Below, in pieces: positions 56,279 through 64,000 of a DNA stretch of 64,000 nucleotides (its first letter is position 1; every line of letters starts with the position of its first letter). The DNA comes from Botryllus schlosseri (taxonomy: Eukaryota), in NCBI GenBank assembly GCA_051294905.1, contig CM119378.1, forward strand, positions 9,424,001 through 9,488,000, in the 5' to 3' direction. Both the position numbers and the translations under genes were made by a program. The notes beneath the pieces were generated by a model that worked only from the letters and a program-made list of their open reading frames with translations, was not told where the DNA came from and ran no database searches.

Positions 56279-57173
56279 CAGTGTTGGGATGACTCGAGTC
56301 ACCTTTTTCGCATGACTTGACTTGACTCGAGTCACTTTGCTAAAATGACTTGACTTGACTTGACTCGGCGTATCAGAAATGTGGATTGACTCGTGACTCG
56401 GACCAAAATTCACGAGTCAATTTCAAGTCATCAAGTAATCGGTGTGGATAAAAATCACTTTATCTTGCATATATTCGGATTGTTCGCGAAACGCTGGTGT
56501 CATCCGTGAGAGCGAATAATCATTCAAATATTGTGCGTTTCACTGAGTCTCGATTGTTCCCTCATAAATAAATTGACCGCAAACGAAGTGATCGAAGCTT
56601 ACAGCTTACGTTGTCGTAACTCGAGTAGCAAAGTAATAAAATAGCGAAATGTCCATTTCTGTTCTCTGTTCTTACCTTAACCAAACCTTTTGTCTTATTG
56701 AAATCGAATATAGTTTATATAGTTCTCAACCATCATCAATTTGTAAATTGGTAATGTGTTGCATCTTATCAATTCGTTTGTCTATTCTCTATTTCGGCTG
56801 GTAACTTTAAACTGAGGCTATGCAAATACGAGGTTCAACAGTTCTACGTATATGTGAGCGATACAGCATCTTCTTGCGAGTATATTCAACTCTATATTCG
56901 TTCATCGGTTAGGAATTATTGACCACTCAATCTGTATTTCAGACAGCTGGCAAATTGCAATGACGTAACATGCCTCATACTTCGAAAAGGCAACTTGACT
57001 TGAAATGTGACTTGACTCGTGACTTGACTTGACTTCACTCGCCATGACTCGAGTCACCTCCAAAAATCGAGTGACTTGACTTGACTCGAGTCACCTTTGA
57101 AAATCGATTGACTTGACTTGACTCGAGTCAAAATGTGCAATGACTCGAATGTAGTGACTTCATCCCAACACTG
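56279..57173. mobile_element. hAT-type MITE, 895 bp
   Basis: TIR cagtgttgggatga / tcatcccaacactg, subterminal gacttgactcgagtc repeats, perfect TSD atatctat. Related fragments occur near 25.1 and 28.55 kb. Confidence 0.9.
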
Positions 57174-57961
57174 ATATCTATAGAACAGCAAAGATGTTCC
57201 TAACAGTCAGCCACTGTCGGAACTGCATGTAGAATTTAGATCTAAAATGTAAACGAAAACCGTGTATTCCGCCAATTTTCACGATATAACGCAGGTTGCA
57301 AATCCTGAACGAGTCAAACACACAATTCATATTGAGATATATCTTTGAAATGGAGTGGATTCTATTTGGGTTTGTACTTGCGCAATGCGCATTCAGGGCT
57401 TGGTTCACGAATACATAACCAACTACATCCCTCGGATGGCATATATAGTAATGAAATGGCCCATTCTGCTCATTTACACCAGTGTGAACAGCTGCGAAAG
57501 CAAACTATTTTACCGTAAAGTGCTGAGACTTTATTTGCATCCTACGGTAGCGTGGAAACCCGGTAGACACGATTTTATAGTGAGGAGAAAATAAATCTGA
57601 CCGACCGAATAACTGACTTAGCCGCAATCGTGACAAAAATATGACAATTGTGTATATTATTTATATTATTCATCAACATAACTTCTTGCAGTCCACATGT
57701 ATGATTTCATACACCGTTTTCGCCATACACCATCATATTTCGATACATGAGTAGGAAGGCCTGTATAATGGAGAAGTTTGTGTTAAGAGGTCACGGGAGG
57801 GCCGCTACAGTTTGCACGTTTAGCTCTCATTGCTGACAGGAGAATTTTCGGGTTTGAAATGTTATGACGTTCGCCAACACGCTCCATGACAGATGTATTG
57901 AGATGAAGTTACGTGAACGTTACGCGAACTGTCGCAAAACCAATCTCCCTATAGCCAACCG

Positions 57962-58213
57962 ATGGTACTGTCATTTGCCTCGGATGCATCTGTTATATTG
58001 CACACGGAAGATAGGCGTTTTGGCGAGCCAATTTATTATGAGGTCATACCTTTCCTAGTTAAACCTGTAATGTGTTCCGCCCCTATAGAACAGGGTGTAT
58101 ATTTCAATCAAACTCTTCATAATTTACTTACAGCATCGGTGGGCTTTTGCACCACGATAACACTGGTCAACACAGTTTTTGTTGACTTTGATCAGGCAAT
58201 TGATTTTGGCTAA
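57962..58213 (+). pseudogene. Decayed LINE reverse transcriptase fragment
   Basis: VFVDFDQAIDF resembles the F.D..KAFD motif and is preceded by Q.G....T..NL. Confidence 0.45.
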
Positions 58214-59232
58214 CTTTTGGGCGATGAATTCAAAAATGACTTCCGTGTTTTTCTATCACGTCAAGTTTTTTGGTTAGGCACCCCCCACATTGCCTCAAAA
58301 TCGTTTCAAAAACTAAAACCAGTCGAAAGTAAATCATTAGACTTCAAATAAACATTTGCACTGCTTTATATGGTTGATTTAAACTGATATTGCTTCTGCA
58401 GGACAAATAAAGTGCGAGTTTCAGGGTCCAAATTCACGCTAATAACCCATAATTCTGTAGGTTGTCTAGTTTGATACTCGAGCAATGGTCAGCTAATATA
58501 TGTAAGCTCCAATCTACTCTGGTATCTTATCCCCATCATCTTCAGATGTTGGGGGACATTTTCTCCTTGGCCATCTCTGACTATGTCGAGGTTTTTAGGG
58601 AAATTATTAAGATATTTTTAGTATTTTTTTTTAATGTCTGCTGTCCGACATAAACATATGGCAGTGGCACATGTGCATCAGGGTTGCTTGCGCTGTGCAT
58701 CCTTATTGTCTGAAAAACAAAGAAAACACAATATTTCAAAGCTGACACATACGATCCAATCGTGCTCGAGATATTGCAACAATTCTATGTTTCTGTATTG
58801 TTCTCAATGTTTCTGTATTATTCACGAAGACTAACTGAATGTGCAATTGTTACTGCACCTAAGACGTTGCCATTTTGGAGAATGCCACACTTAAGGATCC
58901 TTTTTGAGCTACCTATAGGCATTTGTCATTCACTCGAGTTCTAAATGGGGATTCCTAACTCCTCCAGTTATCCATGGTGACAGTATCATGCCAATACCGG
59001 TATCACAGCAATACAAAAAGCTACCGAAAGTAGGCCGACAAAGAAAAGGCTGATTCTCCTGATTGAAAGTGAGATACCTTCTTTACCTTGCCAAGTAATC
59101 TTTTCTCACTTCGTAAGGATGTTAAAAGTTCCAAAAATTTCTATTCCAAGTCCCAAAGCCTATGTCAGATCAATAACTTGTGTTGATGGACTACTCTACA
59201 TTCTGAATCATCTTCAATTTCAAAATCTACAT

Positions 59233-60593
59233 CAGTGGTTCCCAACGTGGGCGATTTGGCGGTCTAGGTGGCGAAAATAACGAAAGGGGCGATAGGGGGG
59301 AGAAAACTGACGAAGGGGGCGATAGGGGGCGAAAACAACGAAGGGGGCGATAGGGAGCGATGGCGAGTTAAAACGGCTATATTGGAGTCAGGACCATAAC
59401 TGCCGCACCTCAAACCCCCAATTGGGGGCCGAACTCGAATGGGGCCCAAAATTATTTCGCGAATTAACATAAATTATGGAGTTTTTTTTTAGAAATTCAT
59501 GCAACTTTTTTAAAAAAATTTCGCGCTGCGCGCGATTTAATATTGTCATATATCTTGATTTTGGGGTACCATTCCGCCAACAAAAATACGCACGATTTAT
59601 GGGAATGGAGACTTCGGCGTCGGCCATTACTGCGCCACGACGCACCAATACATATATAGGCCATGTTATGGGCCATGTAACATGCAACTCCGAGAAGTGT
59701 GCCAGAACGATCAGCAGCGAGAAGACCTTGGACGAAAAGGAATGCCCTTGTGCTGATCGAAAACTTCGATATGCATATATGTTTAATTGTCCTTAGGCGC
59801 CTCAATAGCTGGTGTCGAATGTTCCTATCCTGGCGATCTGAACCCGACAAGACAAATGCCACCCCGCAGGGAAAATTATATGCCACTAAAGAAATACCCA
59901 TTTGAATCAATATGCGTCTTTTAGTTTGGTACGTTTTGGCGATATCCATATCTTTTGACATAGCAGATATAGGAGGTCACGAAATAGCATCATGTAACGA
60001 AGTCAATATAACAAAGGGTCCGCCCGAAGATGTTTAATTATTATTTAGGGGTCCTACCTTTTCCAACACACCACACTCAGCTCTACCGATAAATCTTATT
60101 ACATGAGCAGAGAGAGGATAAAAAATTGATAGCAATATATATGCAATTCCCGACCAAATTGACCGATTCAAGCATGAAATATATAAATTTTTCGCGTTTA
60201 GCGCGTTTAGGCGAAGTACGGTGACTCACCAAACAGCACATGAAATAGAGTATAGCTGATATGTAACGACTGGTTGAGGGGGGCTGGGGTTTGGTTTATC
60301 ACCCTATCGGGGCCCAAGACCAACGTTTTTTTTAGGGGGTTCTGACGAAGTGCAGTTACGGTCCTGATGGGAGTCAAGTCAGAGAAATGACCTCTTTTTA
60401 GTCAACTCACGAACATTTAGCTGTAGAAGTGTAATTTCGAGGTCGAGTCGAAAAGTTGACCTTTTTTTTATTAGTCAACTCGCCGGTGATCCCAGTTTGT
60501 ATGCCCATTTTTTGGTTCCCAATATTTGGGGGGTGATGATCGGTGTGGAGCTTCAAAAGGGGGCGATGAGACGAAAAAGTTTGGGAACCACTG
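59233..60593. mobile_element. hAT MITE, 1361 bp, same family as 50962-52090, with an inner element bounded by caggacc(g/a)taact / agttacggtcctg
   Basis: TIR cagtggttcccaa / ttgggaaccactg; perfect TSD atctacat. Confidence 0.9.
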
Positions 60594-63500
60594 ATCTACA
60601 TCATTATAATAGGCCTGCTATCCCTAAGATCTTCATCTTGATCCAAATTATCGAGCATATAGCAGTTTAAAGTTACACTGGATAAGCTGAATGGGGCATT
60701 GGACCTACAGCTGATAGTAAATGTAATGTTTATTTTTCTTGCCATATCCTGCAGTTTGCATCAAATATGTGTGTGAAATATCCTCGGATGGTTGCATCAT
60801 CTAACCAAAAATGGAAGAAAGCATCGGCCTAGATCGATACCACTATCTTTATTCTTAATAATTCAATTGAACCCTTGGCTAGATAACTTATTATATGGTA
60901 AAAGTGTGGATTTTTATATAGTATGGAAAAGTATCATGGCTAAATTCGTGAAAATTTGCATATTTTGCGCATATGTCGTAGAGTAAAAACTTGACGTGAT
61001 AGAAGAAAACCAGTGGCATTTCTGGAATCAGCACGCCAAAATTAGCCTATAAATCAAGTGCAAAATCGAAATCAACAAATTTTTTGTTCATAATTGTTGC
61101 CCAGTGTAATCAGTCTAAACTATAAGTATAGCCTACAAATGGAGTACCGAAGAACGTAGCTAGGTCCATCGTAGGTAAGCATGTTGCACATACGCACTTA
61201 AGATTTATAACAATAATGTCTGTAATGTCTGTAATGTCTGTAGAAGTCGGATTCGGGGCCGTTGCGGAAGGAACTGGAAACGAAAATCAGGGTTCGAGGC
61301 TTCAGTCCATCCCTCGATTGTCTGCAGACCGCAAACGTTCTCTCTTTGTGACGTATCAAAAGCGAAACGCACGCGGATCACTACTCACCTGTATCTGACG
61401 GCCAAATAAATTCCTTTCCTCGAGATCAATTTGATTTTCAACTCCATGCAACACTTGTTATCATAATAAATGGGAAAAAAATGAAAATAGAAATAACTTT
61501 CAAATGGTAACATGACTGCAGTGAAGGAATACGATAAATAATGCTAAAGTATGCATTGTGTCAGTTAACAATATTTCATAAGTTCACAAAGCAGACGCAA
61601 ATGAAATTATACAATACATCAATAAGATTTATATTATTATAATAATTAGTGGAAGAGATGGATTGGTCATATATTTATCAATTCACGAAATTATGATTTG
61701 CTCCACAGTTGAAAGGTTTTCGCAGAAAAAGAAGGTATCGAGTTTTCTACATGACGTATGTCTGATGGTATGATGCGAATGTTTGTGGAACTGACTTCAG
61801 CAGTCTGCTAAAATCGGCAGGCATAACGATAGCTTACTATTTTTATTAAGTGTAGCCAAGATGGCACACAAAAATAGCTCACTTTATCCGATGTATGCTC
61901 TTGGAGGGAACTCACTCCATGGTGCATATACAAACACACATAAAAATTTCCCCACGCTTCATCTGCACTGAATCGCGTCTGGCTACCATAATAAAATCCC
62001 GCTGCCACTCGTATAACCCCTTCCATTAGGCTTCCTACAATGTACAGATCAAGTCGTCTTCTGCATTACAGGACATATAGGACATTATTTTCTTGGTAGA
62101 CAATTCATATCATAATTATAAAGACACATTTATGAAATGTTCGCGTTGTCGACGATATTAATATACAGTATACTCGTTCATAAATTATGAAGAAATCTCG
62201 AGTATCTAAGTATAGTAAGTGGTAGTTATCGCTTTCAAAACGTCATCGCGTAGGTTGGGTGCGCACTGCACAGTCGAAGATTGTAAATCATTTCAATAAG
62301 CTCGCGAAGAGCACAATGTAAGCATATTACGTTGTCCGACTGAAGCACTCTATTTACTTCTTTGTCAGAAGATAACCAAATACCAAAGCTCACTTACGCC
62401 TTATTTAATGATTGCGCAATCCCCATAATTGCAGCAGCCGTGCGTTATGTAACCAGCGTGTACTCAAGTACTTGAGTACACGCTGATGTAACAGTGATAT
62501 CGCTGGAATGTGATTGGCGCGATGCAAAAGTGATTCCATCTAGAAATTTCCAACTTGCGGCACGGTCTACAATTACCGCGCAATTTGTTTGCTAAACGTT
62601 GCACATTTGCACTGCGAAATAAAGAATATTACTATGTGCAGTGCACTTGTGCACACCCGGATCTTTAGATGGATGAAGGTGGGCGTCGCCTACGTTCAAT
62701 TGTAGACAAAAGTAACGAATAAACGAGCCTTGGACCGATGTAATGGCGCCACAGCCACAGCGCCGCAGTCACATTGCGACCACGCAACAAGCGCATTTCA
62801 CGATCTGTAATTGGCGTCAAGAGACCAGTTTGCTACTATGTCTCGGCACTGAATGGGGACTCGAAAGCGCTGAAAACCTCACACTACTTGAGGTATATGA
62901 CACTCGTACTGTTCCGATTATAGTCGAGGATCTGATGCACTTGGTAATATCAGTAAATTAGAGAAGGTGACACATTATTTCAACCAATATCCCAGACAGT
63001 TAGCAAAGTATGCTTCACTTTCACAGCTGTACGGATGATGCATGATGTAACATGTCACCCATACATTTTCTGAAACTGCAACTGACATTTTGAAATTTTC
63101 GCAATGTAGTTCGTGCTCGCGAAAGTACAATTGCAATTTGCAGCTTCAAGGTTAAATATAACTCTGGAAAGCAGTCTTGTTCACGTGACAGGGATAAATA
63201 CCGCGTGGTAGAGGCCTACTTGGAATAAACACCCTCTCTATAAAATATAATAGCAACAAATCAAAACACTCACGTAGATTTGCTTGTTAGTTTATACTTC
63301 TGACACGAAGACGACGCAATACTACTCAGCCGTTAAGTCTGAGTCTCAAATATAGAGCCTAATTGCAATAATATTTACAATGGCAAGCCGAACCCGCTGT
63401 AACACAGCGCATTGAAAAAGCTCAGACAAAGAGAGAGCCGAACTCTTGAAAGGAGGCAGCAAATGTGCCAAAAAAAGACTCAAGTTCAAGAAGACATGCC

Positions 63501-64000
63501 ATTATGAAATTTATGAAATTTACTGTGTGCATGGGCGCAAATAACCACGATGTTGCAAGCGCCAATTATATGCGTTAATAAAAACAACAACAATGGCAAG
63601 CACCTTATATTGTGACGTCCGTGCGATATACATATTTATTTGAGACCGAAGAATGTTACTCCGCTGTGATACCCACGTATGATAAACATCTCGTTGTAAT
63701 AATGAGATTATGGCCATAAAACGTGCAGATATAACATAATCGCTTGTTCGCTGATGATTTGTATTTGTCTTAGAAAATAGCGAGCGGCTGCATAAAAATT
63801 TCCGAATCACAACAAGCGACATAAAATCCAACAAATTTGAGATAATTATAGCTCGAGCCATCAAACCATTTTACGGAAGTCAAAGCAAATACGAAAGTGC
63901 AGATCTCACAGATCGATCTAACCATAAGCAAACGTCAAATGTCATCCAGTAGGTTTCATCATAAAATAGGCATCGTTCAAAATGGACACGCTCCTTTACC

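Noticed and set aside
49299-63864. Numerous 60-150 aa ORFs in the right third of the window
   Set aside because: They lie within MITEs or AT-rich non-coding DNA, often start at TTG or GTG, and show no domains.

Overview
Eukaryotic genomic DNA. The host is probably a stolidobranch ascidian, inferred from a copy of the 24-nt ascidian spliced leader (SL), which I matched from memory. The left ~44.5 kb holds a retrovirus-like LTR retroelement system, all on the minus strand. Read 5'->3' on that strand (high to low coordinates): an IS1595/Merlin-type DDE gene; a furin-cleaved class I Env with an overlapping 46-aa membrane uORF; a secreted paralog of the Env surface subunit; a mucin-like membrane glycoprotein; and a compact intronless array of ~16 accessory genes. 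The array includes three novel paralog families, a 3xBIR-RING IAP, an E2 ubiquitin-conjugating enzyme, an LRR protein and a second DDE gene. It is followed by a promoter block, a near-perfect SL copy, a tRNA-Ile primer-binding site, a membrane uORF, gag (late domains, CCHC knuckle), an A_AAA_AAC plus hairpin -1 frameshift signal, and an aspartic protease frame that runs off the window edge. RT and integrase are not visible here. Degenerate SL copies precede many accessory genes. About 19.7-29 kb, 32.6-39 kb and everything beyond ~44.7 kb is host-like: hAT MITEs with 8-bp TSDs, a foldback element, LINE fragments, a decayed spliced DUF4806-like gene and decayed coding relics. Whether the env island, mucin island and accessory array belong to the same element as gag-pro is inferred, not proven, because the second LTR is outside the window.
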